A DNA stretch of 64,000 nucleotides, from the NCBI GenBank assembly GCA_963727775.1, contig CAVSHB010000002.1, positions 736,001 through 800,000 on the forward strand, read 5' to 3'. Both the position numbers and the translations under genes were made by a program. This DNA comes from an uncultured Nitrospiraceae bacterium. GTDB lineage: Bacteria; Nitrospirota; Thermodesulfovibrionia; Thermodesulfovibrionales; SM23-35. The notes beneath the pieces were generated by a model. That model searched no databases and had not been told where the DNA came from. It saw only the letters and a list, made by a program, of their open reading frames with translations. Positions 32,964 to 41,857 of the stretch are shown one piece after another; position 1 is the first letter of the stretch, and each line of letters opens with the position of its first letter.

Positions 32964-33076
32964 TACCGACAAATACAGTATTTGCGCTCATTCTCGGCCC
33001 GGTACAAATCGGGCCTCCGAGGTAAATTCTTTCTTCGAAAGCATTTAAAACCGCTTAAATACTGCATCTGTCGGCA
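32964..33076 (-). repeat. Three-way-junction repeat, copy F
   Basis: Near-identical reverse complement of copy C. Confidence 0.9.
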
Positions 33077-33132
33077 ATCTTATGAATTATGAATGATGTA
33101 GGGTATAGAGAACTCGGAATACAGATTGATTC

Positions 33133-33633
33133 TCAGAGGGTATGAATCAGGTAGATTATAAGGAAGATACCGATAGCGAAGATAGATAAAGTGAGCATTA
33201 CGTCAAGTATAAGTGACGGCTGATAGGTATTTGCGTTGATCTGACATTCAACCTTCTTGTAACGTATAAAAGCAAGAACACCCAGCAGGGCGCCGAGCCC
33301 TATAAGCGCTATTCCCAAGACTGACGAGTACCCGGGGGCAGGAGCTTGCCCGGGTGCGCCTATGCGACCGTACCCCTGACTTATGAAATAAGAAAACTGT
33401 TTAACGAACAAACCGAACTTCTCAACGACAAAACCGAATGCCATGATTCCTATGCTCGTCCTGATCCACGCGAGGAAAGTCCTTTCATTCGCCATGTGGA
33501 CGCGGCGGTTACGGACTTTTGCAACCCGTTCATCTTCAGGGATGTGCGGGGAACACTTAGCCAATAGTTGGTATATTTTATCGAGTAATAACATTCTCCT
33601 ATATAGTTTAGCAGTCTCCCCCTTGTCAATCAA
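33133..33633 (-). CDS. DUF202/YidH membrane protein (start uncertain)
   Basis: HMANERTFLAWIRT motif. Confidence 0.88.
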   Translation of the reverse strand: MIDKGETAKLYRRMLLLDKIYQLLAKCSPHIPEDERVAKVRNRRVHMANERTFLAWIRTSIGIMAFGFVVEKFGLFVKQFSYFISQGYGRIGAPGQAPAPGYSSVLGIALIGLGALLGVLAFIRYKKVECQINANTYQPSLILDVMLTLSIFAIGIFLIIYLIHTL

Positions 33634-33709
33634 TCTTATATAAAGTTATAATTTTGAGCGATCCGATTCACCTTGGTGCGAGATTCTTTCAGAGAGAGGT
33701 AAAAAATAC

Positions 33710-35803
33710 ATGGACCAGAACTCAGCGAACGGCTTTTCTTTTTTGCTTGAGATAGGCGCTGAAGATTTGCCTGCAAGATTTCTCCCTTTGGCGATAAAAC
33801 AGCTGAAGGAAAATACCGGAAAAATATTGAAGGATAATCATGTAAGATTTTTCGATATAAGGACATACGGGACTCCTCGGAGACTTGCCGTAATCGCAGA
33901 CGGTGTTCCACAGATGCAGGAAGACAGGACAATAAAGGTATTCGGTCCGTCAAAAAAGGCGGCGTTCGATGAGAGGGGCAACCCAACAAAAGCCGCTCTC
34001 GGGTTTGCGAATTCACAGGATATAAGTGTGGAGAGTCTTGTTATTAAGAGCAAAGATAAGGGTGAATATGTCGTGGCTGAAATAGATGAGAAAGGTGTTC
34101 CTGTCGCGGAAGTATTGCCTGAAATATTCAAGAGTATTGTGCTTTCTCTGCACTTCCCGAAAGCAATGAGATGGGGCAATAATAATTTGAAATTTGTCCG
34201 GCCCATACGCTGGCTGCTGGCTTTATTTGACAAGGAGATAATCAGTTTTGAAATAGACGGAATAAAAAGCGGTAATAGAACGATGGGCCACAGATTTTTG
34301 TCGCCCGCAGGATTTCAGATAAAGGAGATACCGAGTTACAAAAAATTGCTCAATAATAATTTTGTAATAATCGACGCTGAAGAAAGAAAAAGAATCATAG
34401 CCGAAAAGATGGAGAAACTTCTGGCGTCGACAGGTGAAAGACCTATTAAGGATGAAGACCTCCTTGAGACGGTTGTAAATCTCGTTGAATACCCTGTGCC
34501 TGTTGTTGCAGCGTTTCCCGAACAATACCTTGAACTGCCGAAGGAACTGCTCATAACCGTCATGAAAGGACATCAGAAGTATTTTGCTGCTGAGGACGCC
34601 AATGGTAAGATTACAAATCATTTTGTTGTCGTTAGCAATACCAGTCAAGAAAATGCCGATACCGTGAAGATCGGTGCGGAGAGAGTTATCAAGGCTAGGT
34701 TTGAAGATGCGCGGTTCTATTTTGATGAGGACAGGAAAAAGCCCCTGTCCGACAGGATTGAGGAACTCAAAAAGGTAACATTCCAGGAAAACCTCGGGAG
34801 TCTGTATGAAAAGATGCTGAGGGTGGCGTCGATTGCGGAAGTTCTTGCCGGCAGGATCAATCCGGAGGTAAAGGCCAACCTTGTCCGTGCAGCACGGCTG
34901 GCAAAGACGGACCTTATAACAGGTGTTGTTAGGGAGTTCCCGGAACTGCAGGGCGTCATGGGCGGGTATTATGCGCTGCATGACGGAGAAGGAAATGAAG
35001 TTGCAAAGGCTATAGAAGAACAGTATCTGCCTGCATATTCGGGAGGAGATCTACCCGGGACGGATGCCGGCGCTTTGCTGAGCATAGCTGATAAGATCGA
35101 CAGCATTGCCGCCTTTTTTTCCATAGGCCTTATGCCTACCGGGTCTGAAGACCCGTTTGCATTGCGAAGACAGTCTCTCGGCGTCATAGCAATCATCCTG
35201 GATAAAGGCTATGAGATTTCCTTAAGAACGCTTGTTGAAAAGGCATTGGAAAGTCTGTCAGGGACAAAGAACCCCGAGGGAACAAAGAACCAAATCCTGC
35301 AATTTTTCAGGGCCAGAATAGAAACGGTATTCGCGTCTCAAGGACATGCCCCCGATTTGATAGAAGCGGTCCTCCCGCTGTCTCATGATGTTTTTCTGAA
35401 GGACCTGTTACAAAGGCTTGACGCCCTTAAACAATTCAAGGAGCATGCGGGGTACAACGATTTTATCACCGCTATGAAACGCGTGAACAATATTATCCCC
35501 AAAGGCGCTGTCCCTGTATTAAAAAGGGAACTCTTGATGGAGGAACCGGAGAAAAAACTCAAAGAAGCTCTTGATTCCGTGGATGCAAAATTCAACCCAC
35601 TCCTTGAAAACGTGGGCTATCAACCTGCGGTAGAACTTCTCCTTTCTCTGACAGATCCGATCAATCATTTTTTTGACAGTGTGCTTGTGATGGACAAAAG
35701 AGAAGAGATTAAGCTGAACAGACTCGCGTTGCTGAATGAGATATGGAAAACCGTTTCGGTTTTTGCTGATCTTTCAAAGCTGTCTGCTATCGAGAAAAGT
35801 TGA
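33710..35803 (+). CDS. glyS: Glycine--tRNA ligase beta subunit
   Basis: LLEIGAEDLP, TPRRL, EFPELQG and GSEDPFALRR motifs. Confidence 0.95.
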   Translation: MDQNSANGFSFLLEIGAEDLPARFLPLAIKQLKENTGKILKDNHVRFFDIRTYGTPRRLAVIADGVPQMQEDRTIKVFGPSKKAAFDERGNPTKAALGFANSQDISVESLVIKSKDKGEYVVAEIDEKGVPVAEVLPEIFKSIVLSLHFPKAMRWGNNNLKFVRPIRWLLALFDKEIISFEIDGIKSGNRTMGHRFLSPAGFQIKEIPSYKKLLNNNFVIIDAEERKRIIAEKMEKLLASTGERPIKDEDLLETVVNLVEYPVPVVAAFPEQYLELPKELLITVMKGHQKYFAAEDANGKITNHFVVVSNTSQENADTVKIGAERVIKARFEDARFYFDEDRKKPLSDRIEELKKVTFQENLGSLYEKMLRVASIAEVLAGRINPEVKANLVRAARLAKTDLITGVVREFPELQGVMGGYYALHDGEGNEVAKAIEEQYLPAYSGGDLPGTDAGALLSIADKIDSIAAFFSIGLMPTGSEDPFALRRQSLGVIAIILDKGYEISLRTLVEKALESLSGTKNPEGTKNQILQFFRARIETVFASQGHAPDLIEAVLPLSHDVFLKDLLQRLDALKQFKEHAGYNDFITAMKRVNNIIPKGAVPVLKRELLMEEPEKKLKEALDSVDAKFNPLLENVGYQPAVELLLSLTDPINHFFDSVLVMDKREEIKLNRLALLNEIWKTVSVFADLSKLSAIEKS

Positions 35804-35845
35804 AAATCATCCTTACCGGTCCGCTTAATCCATAAAAGTTGCTTA

Positions 35846-35958
35846 TGCCGACAGATGCAGTATTTGCGCTCATTCTCGGCCCGGTACGAATCGGGCCTCC
35901 GAGGTAAATTCTTTCTTCGAAAGAATTTAAATCCGCTTAAATACTGTATCTGTCGACA
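35846..35958 (-). repeat. Three-way-junction repeat, copy G
   Basis: Reverse complement of the C-type unit. Confidence 0.9.
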
Positions 35959-36001
35959 ATCTTATGAACATACTTATTCCTGTTGTTCCTGGTGAATCAC
36001 T

Positions 36002-37198
36002 ATTCTTGAAAGGTTTTCAGCTTTACAGCATAGAGACTTCAGACTCTTCTGGTTAGGCCAGCTTATCTCTTTATCAGGGACGTGGATGCAGTCTGTTGCG
36101 CAGGGATGGCTTGTATACAGTCTCACAAAATCACCTTTTTATCTCGGGATGGTTGCTGCAGCCGGCTCATTACCGATCCTTTTGTTTACATTTGTGGGAG
36201 GGATAGCGGCAGACAGGTTCAGAAAGAGAAATCTCCTCCTTATGACACAGGCGATATCGATCTTGCCTGCGCTCCTCCTCGGCATACTGATCAATACTCA
36301 TTTGATAGCTGTCTGGCATGTTGCCGTTCTTGCTGCAGTGCTTGGGACCGTTAATGCCTTTGATGTGCCTGCACGACAGTCGTTCATTGTGGAAATGGTC
36401 GGGAAGAGCAATCTTTCAAACGCCATAGCTCTGAATTCTGCGGCGTTCCACGGCGCCCGGATGATAGGCCCAGTGGTGGCGGGTGTAACGATCGCAGCTA
36501 TCGGGTTGCCGGCCTGCTTTTATCTTAATGCCATAAGCTTTATCGCGGTCATCATCGCGCTTTCCAAAATAAAAGCGAAAGGAGATGTTCGTGAAAGTTC
36601 CAAAGGACTTTTGGAAGATTTTATTGAGGGAATACTGTATATCAAAAATAAACCCGAGATTTTCAGAATCATGATCCTGATTGCCGTATTCAGTCTCGTG
36701 GGCATGCCGTTTATAACCCTGCTTCCCGTATTTGCCGTCGAGGTATTGAGGGCGGGCGCCAAAGGGTTTGGTTTCCTTGTGGGCGCGACCGGGGCAGGCG
36801 CCCTGACAGCGGCTTTGTACCTTGCCTTCAGGGGCGATATCAAAGATAAGAACAGGTTTATGTCCATGTCTGCGCTCTGTTTTACATTATCCCTTTTCGC
36901 ATTTTCATTCTCCAGGAATTTTACTGTTTCCATAATTACACTTGCGGTCGCCGGCTGGAGCCTTGTCAGTTTCTTTGCAACTGCAAACAGTTTCATACAG
37001 CTTTCCGTGCCCGACAACCTGAGAGGGAGAGCGATGAGCGTTTATACCTTTGTATTTCTGGGCACCGCGCCTATAGGCAATTCACTCATCGGCGTTATGG
37101 CGGATTCTATCGGTACGACAAGGGCGGTAAGTCTTTCGGCTGTTGTATGTTTTATCGTATCGGTTATCTTTTCGAGGAAAATATTTAGAATGGAATGA
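36002..37198 (+). CDS. MFS transporter (start uncertain)
   Basis: FSALQHRDFRLFWLGQLISLSGTWMQ lies upstream of the first ATG; GIAADRF and FDVPARQ motifs. Confidence 0.88.
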   Translation: MLERFSALQHRDFRLFWLGQLISLSGTWMQSVAQGWLVYSLTKSPFYLGMVAAAGSLPILLFTFVGGIAADRFRKRNLLLMTQAISILPALLLGILINTHLIAVWHVAVLAAVLGTVNAFDVPARQSFIVEMVGKSNLSNAIALNSAAFHGARMIGPVVAGVTIAAIGLPACFYLNAISFIAVIIALSKIKAKGDVRESSKGLLEDFIEGILYIKNKPEIFRIMILIAVFSLVGMPFITLLPVFAVEVLRAGAKGFGFLVGATGAGALTAALYLAFRGDIKDKNRFMSMSALCFTLSLFAFSFSRNFTVSIITLAVAGWSLVSFFATANSFIQLSVPDNLRGRAMSVYTFVFLGTAPIGNSLIGVMADSIGTTRAVSLSAVVCFIVSVIFSRKIFRME

Positions 37199-37212
37199 TA
37201 TAGTATGTTCTT

Positions 37213-37941
37213 ATGAAAATACTCGCTGTCGAAACATCAACAATGCTTGGCGGTCTGGCTGTTATTGACGATTCAACCGGGCTAATTGCGGAAATAAGGC
37301 TCAATGTCAAGTCAACGCATTCAGAGAGGCTGATGACAACTACAGACCATATACTGAAGCATTCGGGGTTGAAAATGTCCGATATCGATTGTTTTGCAGT
37401 TGCTATAGGCCCCGGTTCATTCACGGGACTGAGGATTGGATTGAGCACCGTAAAAGGCTTTTCCTATGCAGCCGGGAAGCCGATAGTCTCTGTCCCTACG
37501 CTCGAGGCCTTTGCATGGAATTTCCCTTATTGCAGATATCCTGTTTGTATAATGCTTGACGCAAGGAAAAAGGAGGTATATTCAGCCCTGTTTAGATGGG
37601 ACAACAGCGGCGCTGCAAGATTGATAGGAGAGACATCGATTAAGGTGGATAAACTTCTGGATAAAATTAATGAAACATTGAAAACGGGGAATGGGGAAAT
37701 CCCACCTGATAAAATCCTGTTTGCAGGGGAAGGGGCGCTGCTTTACAAAAGTGATATCATCAACACAATGGGCGAAAGGGCAGTATTTGCGTCACATGAA
37801 AAGATGGCGCCGTCACCGGCAAACGTAGCAATTATAGGGCTGCAAAAGGCATTGAAAGGGGAGTTTTCCGAGCCGGTCAGCCTTGTCCCGTTTTATATGA
37901 GGAGATCTGAAGCCGAAATCAAATGGAAGGATAGTTCTTAA
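37213..37941 (+). CDS. tsaB: tRNA t6A biosynthesis protein TsaB
   Basis: ILAVETS, GPGSFTGLRIG and DARKKEVY motifs. Confidence 0.93.
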   Translation: MKILAVETSTMLGGLAVIDDSTGLIAEIRLNVKSTHSERLMTTTDHILKHSGLKMSDIDCFAVAIGPGSFTGLRIGLSTVKGFSYAAGKPIVSVPTLEAFAWNFPYCRYPVCIMLDARKKEVYSALFRWDNSGAARLIGETSIKVDKLLDKINETLKTGNGEIPPDKILFAGEGALLYKSDIINTMGERAVFASHEKMAPSPANVAIIGLQKALKGEFSEPVSLVPFYMRRSEAEIKWKDSS

Positions 37942-37957
37942 TCAGGCCGGACTGTGA

Positions 37958-38965
37958 TTATTTCCATCTGCCCTCAATCCCATATCCGCATTTGATACAT
38001 TTACCTCCCTTGATCCTTTGCTCACCGATTCTGAATCCGAAGCGGTTTATGAGGAGTTCTTTGCAGTCCGGGCAATAAGTGTTTTCTCCGCCTTCCCCCG
38101 GCACATTGCCTTCATATACATATTTCAGGCCTGCTGCAACTCCTATTTCCCTTGCCTTGCGGAGTGTCTTAACGGGCGTTCTCGGTTTGTCGGTCAATTT
38201 ATATGTCGGATAAAACTGTGACACATGCCACGGTATGGATACGTCGACTGACGCGATAAAACCGGCGATATCCCTTAAGTCTTCGTCTGAGTCATTATAG
38301 TCGGGGATTATCAAAGTCGTTACCTCGACCCATACCCCGAGTTCCTTCATAAGCCGTATCGTCTCTTTTACAGGCTCAAGCCGGGCCCCGCATATTTTTT
38401 TGTAAAAATCATCGTTCCCCTTAAGGTCTATATTGTTCCCGTCAAGATAAGGCGCTATGAACCTTGTTGCTTCGGGGCTTGTATATCCATTGCTCACAAA
38501 TACATTCTTTATCCCTTTTTCATGCGCAAGCCTTGCGCAGTCATAGGCAAACTCAAGGAATATTGTCGGCTCGGTATAAGTATAGGATATGCTCTCGCAG
38601 CCGCTCCTCTGCGCTGCCGAGACGATCTCATCGGGAGTAACGGGTTTGCCCAAAATGTCTTCGTGTTCCTTCGGATACTGCGATATCTCAGAATTCTGGC
38701 AGTGGTCACAGTGAAAATTGCAGCCGACGGTAGCAATGGAAAAAGAGGTCGACCCCGGCAGAAAATGGAACAAAGGCTTTTTCTCTATGGGGTCGATATT
38801 AGTGGAGACGACCTTCCCGTATACGAGACTGTAAAGGACGCCGTCGATATTTTTGCGCACGTGGCAGATTCCGCGTTTATCTTCTCTGATGAGGCAGTTA
38901 TGTGCGCAGAGAAAGCACCTGACTTTATTGTCATCCAGTTTTTCATAAAACAACGCTTCTTTCAT
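37958..38965 (-). CDS. AmmeMemoRadiSam system radical SAM enzyme
   Basis: IDPIEKKPLFHF, CNFHCDHC, YTYTEP and NTYCPDC motifs. Confidence 0.9.
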   Translation of the reverse strand: MKEALFYEKLDDNKVRCFLCAHNCLIREDKRGICHVRKNIDGVLYSLVYGKVVSTNIDPIEKKPLFHFLPGSTSFSIATVGCNFHCDHCQNSEISQYPKEHEDILGKPVTPDEIVSAAQRSGCESISYTYTEPTIFLEFAYDCARLAHEKGIKNVFVSNGYTSPEATRFIAPYLDGNNIDLKGNDDFYKKICGARLEPVKETIRLMKELGVWVEVTTLIIPDYNDSDEDLRDIAGFIASVDVSIPWHVSQFYPTYKLTDKPRTPVKTLRKAREIGVAAGLKYVYEGNVPGEGGENTYCPDCKELLINRFGFRIGEQRIKGGKCIKCGYGIEGRWK

Positions 38966-38996
38966 GATCGGATTATAGCACAGTTATGTCAAACTG

Positions 38997-39476
38997 CTAA
39001 GTAACGGTAATATCGAGTGTTCCTTCCCAGTAGCCATGGAGGTTGCATCGCTGGTGCGCTACGAGGGTAAGTTTGCCCGCTGGCGCGGATTCCTTTGTTA
39101 AGACAACATTGAAAGTGGCCTTTGGATTCAGGTATCCTTTCGGTTCGAAATCGATCCTGCCGGCCGGCTCATTTCCTATGTTCAACTCTATATATTCGAT
39201 CCAGTGAGCAGGCCCCATAGGATGGACAACCTGGCCTACACTTACTTCGACAGCGAACGATTCGCCTGCTTTAACGGTAGCCGGAGCGGTTATGACGGGC
39301 GCATGCGATTTTTCAAGCGGAGTCTTATTTGACGGGTCCTTTACCCTGTTGATGGTCTCAAAAAGGCTCTGGTCGGCCTTTACGGGGAAATATTTCTCCG
39401 CAGCAAAGGCTTTTCCCGCAATACCGGATGCAATGGTCCCAACCGCCATGGCTTTTAAAAAGTTTCTTCTGTTCAT
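38997..39476 (-). CDS. Tat-signal superoxide reductase-like (class II SORL) protein
   Basis: NRRNFLK; EKSH, HPM, HWI and CNLHG motifs. Confidence 0.85.
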   Translation of the reverse strand: MNRRNFLKAMAVGTIASGIAGKAFAAEKYFPVKADQSLFETINRVKDPSNKTPLEKSHAPVITAPATVKAGESFAVEVSVGQVVHPMGPAHWIEYIELNIGNEPAGRIDFEPKGYLNPKATFNVVLTKESAPAGKLTLVAHQRCNLHGYWEGTLDITVT

Positions 39477-39527
39477 AAGTTCTCCCTTCTTTCTTGATGG
39501 ATTGATTTTTAAAGGATATCTTTTTCC

Positions 39528-40064
39528 TTACTTGTGTCTGGAATCTCCCCCCTCTTCAAAAGGCATTGTTTCGAGGTTCTGGTAGAGCCTGATATAAACA
39601 ATTGTTTTGCCGTCTGTCTTTTTGTAGTACACGTGAAGGATGTCGGGGTTGCCGTAAATTATCGGGTAATATAAAGGCCTTATTTCGTACCCTATGACGG
39701 TACCCTGGTTATCTATAATTTTGCTCAATTGCGATTTCCAGAAGTCATGATGAAACCCTACAAAGTCTTCTGCCTTTTTCAAGGCATCCCGGGCGAGAAC
39801 TCCTTTGATTATCTTGTAATCAAATTCAGGAGCAAAGACCTCGAAGGTGTTTTGAGTCTCCTCTTTAGCAAGGATAGCAATAGTCTTTTTATCGTTTGCA
39901 TAGTTCCCCCCGTAAAGAATGAGTGTGTAAGCACCGGTTATCTCTCCTGAATTTGCGCTTTCTGTTTTTAAATATCTCCCGCCGTAACAGGAATAGTTTG
40001 TCAGAGAGAGAAGTATAAACATAAAAGCGGTAATTACTCTAAATAGATTTTTGTTTATCGACAT
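39528..40064 (-). CDS. Hypothetical probable lipoprotein
   Basis: AAGGAGG ribosome-binding site; hydrophobic stretch followed by Cys. Confidence 0.7.
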   Translation of the reverse strand: MSINKNLFRVITAFMFILLSLTNYSCYGGRYLKTESANSGEITGAYTLILYGGNYANDKKTIAILAKEETQNTFEVFAPEFDYKIIKGVLARDALKKAEDFVGFHHDFWKSQLSKIIDNQGTVIGYEIRPLYYPIIYGNPDILHVYYKKTDGKTIVYIRLYQNLETMPFEEGGDSRHK

Positions 40065-40137
40065 TAGGCCCTCCTTTTTACTGCAGAGAATTTTGCGATT
40101 CATATTTCTGCCCCAGCTAATCCATAAAATTTTCGTG

Positions 40138-40245
40138 TGCCGACAGATACAGTATTTGCGCTCATTCTCGTCCGCCATAGCGGACTCCGAGGAAATTCTT
40201 TCTTCGAAAGAATTTAAAACCGCTTAAATACTATATCTGTCGGCA
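40138..40245 (-). repeat. Three-way-junction repeat, copy H (alternative P3 hairpin)
   Basis: C-type outer stem; P3 is GTCCGC-TATG-GCGGAC. Confidence 0.9.
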
Positions 40246-40419
40246 ACCGTATGAATAGTCCGTGCTAAAATTCCGATTTCAAATTTGCAAAATTAGTGCC
40301 AGATGGAACATATTGTTTTATCTCGATTAAAATGAAGTTATTATTAATACAAGCGGGAAAACTGCCGTATTAAAGGGCAAGATGTCTTTTCATCTTCTGT
40401 CGAACTTCTGAACGGTCGC

Positions 40420-40470
40420 TTGACAATACTTTCCTCTTGTTGTATTATTACTACAACACCATACGACAAG
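40420..40470 (+). promoter_or_regulatory. Promoter with overlapping operator-like inverted repeat
   Basis: TTGACA-17 nt-TATTAT; CTTGTTGTAT...ATACGACAAG. Confidence 0.6.
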
Positions 40471-40483
40471 GAGGTGCAATGCA

Positions 40484-40858
40484 ATGTCTTCCAAAATGAC
40501 ATTCGGTGAGTTCTTTAAGCAAAAACGCATAGATCTCAAGAAAACCCTGCGACAGTTCTGCACTGAAAATAAGCTTGATCCCGGAAACGTCAGCAGGCTT
40601 GAGCGCGGGCTCATGCCGCCCCCACAGGGGAGCGACAAGCTTGAAGAGTATGCGCGGTATTTGCAAATCAAAAAGGGCTCCGACGACTGGTACAGATTCT
40701 TCGACCTTGCCCGAATTGAGGCCGGACGTATTCCTGATGAACTAATGAAAAACGAGTCGGTTGTTGCAAGTCTGCCCATTCTGTTCAGGACACTGCGGGG
40801 GCAAAAGATTTCTGAAAAGAAGCTTGAAAAACTGGTTGAGCTGATCAAAAAAGCGTAA
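40484..40858 (+). CDS. XRE-family helix-turn-helix regulator
   Basis: FGEFFKQKR...TLRQF...NVSRLERG. Confidence 0.88.
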   Translation: MSSKMTFGEFFKQKRIDLKKTLRQFCTENKLDPGNVSRLERGLMPPPQGSDKLEEYARYLQIKKGSDDWYRFFDLARIEAGRIPDELMKNESVVASLPILFRTLRGQKISEKKLEKLVELIKKA

Positions 40859-40861
40859 TCC

Positions 40862-41035
40862 ATGACCGATATCCCTGTATACAGTTATGAGGATTTGCGC
40901 AAAAAAGCAGACGAATTTCTTCTGCAGTATCACCCTTCCGGTGACATCCCTGTACCCATCGAGGAAATTGTCGAGTTTGAGTTCAGGATCAATATAGTAC
41001 CTGTATTAGAGAACAACTCCTTGGCAGCCTGCTGA
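40862..41035 (+). pseudogene. N-terminal fragment of an ImmA/IrrE-type metallopeptidase
   Basis: EDLRKKADEFLLQYHPSGDIPVPIEEIVE directly after the XRE gene; ends before any HEXXH. Confidence 0.6.
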
Positions 41036-41180
41036 ATTGGGACGACTGGAATGCAAAAAAGATTTTGTCTTTGAAAATGAATGGAATAAGAAGTATTATA
41101 AGATTAAACAGGTAAGGCCAATATTTGCAGAAGAAGTTACAGAGATCGTCGTAATTACTGTCTATACGTATTCTTTCTAA
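41012..41180 (+). pseudogene. C-terminal fragment of a DUF4258-type toxin
   Basis: TPWQPAELGRLECKKDF...EIVVITVYTYSF* immediately before a DUF2283 gene. Confidence 0.6.
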
Positions 41181-41192
41181 TGGAGGTTTAAG

Positions 41193-41405
41193 ATGAGAAT
41201 AACCTATGATTCAGAAGTGGATGCCCTGTATATTCGTTTTATAGAAACAACCGTAACAACTAAACATGTTGCAGAAGGTATTGCAGTTGACTATGATGTA
41301 GATGGTAAAATCGCAGGCATTGAAATTCTGGATGCTGTAAAACGATTTAGCAGCAAGGATGTTTTCAAAAAGGTGACACTTGAAGATTTGGCATTACATG
41401 CATAA
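41193..41405 (+). CDS. DUF2283 protein (putative antitoxin)
   Basis: MRITYDSEVDALYI and GIEILDA motifs. Confidence 0.88.
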   Translation: MRITYDSEVDALYIRFIETTVTTKHVAEGIAVDYDVDGKIAGIEILDAVKRFSSKDVFKKVTLEDLALHA

Positions 41406-41628
41406 CCAATGAATCACCCCTTCATCCCCCTCGTAGCCCAAATCCTCGCCGCCAAAAAAACAACCCCATTCATCTCCCTTTGACGCGGGGGAATTAAAAT
41501 ATGCCGACACCTCAACAGCATATCAGAAATTATTAGATACTGAATTTGCAAGCAGGTGGGAAGAAATAGCAAAGACAAAGGCATCTGAGCAAGCTAAAAA
41601 GCAAGATCAGTAACTACTGGAGGCAGCC

Positions 41629-41826
41629 ATGAAAATTACCTATGACCCTGAAGTTGACGTTATGCGCATTATTTTCAGCAGCGCGCCTATTGAGGAGAGC
41701 GACGAGGAAAAGTCCGGCGTAATTCTTGATTTCGATAAAGACGGAAATGTTGTGGGTATGGAAATACTTGATGCGTCACGACGAATCGAGAACCCGAGAA
41801 CAGTCGAATATGCTGTAGCAGGTTGA
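41629..41826 (+). CDS. DUF2283 protein (putative antitoxin)
   Basis: MKITYDPEVD and GMEILDAS motifs. Confidence 0.88.
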   Translation: MKITYDPEVDVMRIIFSSAPIEESDEEKSGVILDFDKDGNVVGMEILDASRRIENPRTVEYAVAG

Positions 41827-41857
41827 TTACCCATAGAGGAATTCTTTTGATTAAATA

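Noticed and set aside
33710..35803. glyS without adjacent glyQ, and tsaB separated from rimI
   Set aside because: Split arrangements are common and nothing in the window shows a specific breakpoint.
40065..40178. N-terminal extension of ORF 39528..40178
   Set aside because: It begins inside repeat copy H; a good RBS supports the ATG at 40064.
6191..40245. Junction repeat as a hammerhead ribozyme (AATGAGCGAAA resembles CUGAUGA...GAAA)
   Set aside because: The CUGA core is absent, there is no stem II, and GAAA is not conserved across copies.
6191..40245. Junction repeat as a CRISPR array or plain intrinsic terminator
   Set aside because: Copies are dispersed without spacers, lack U-tracts, and also occur between divergent genes.
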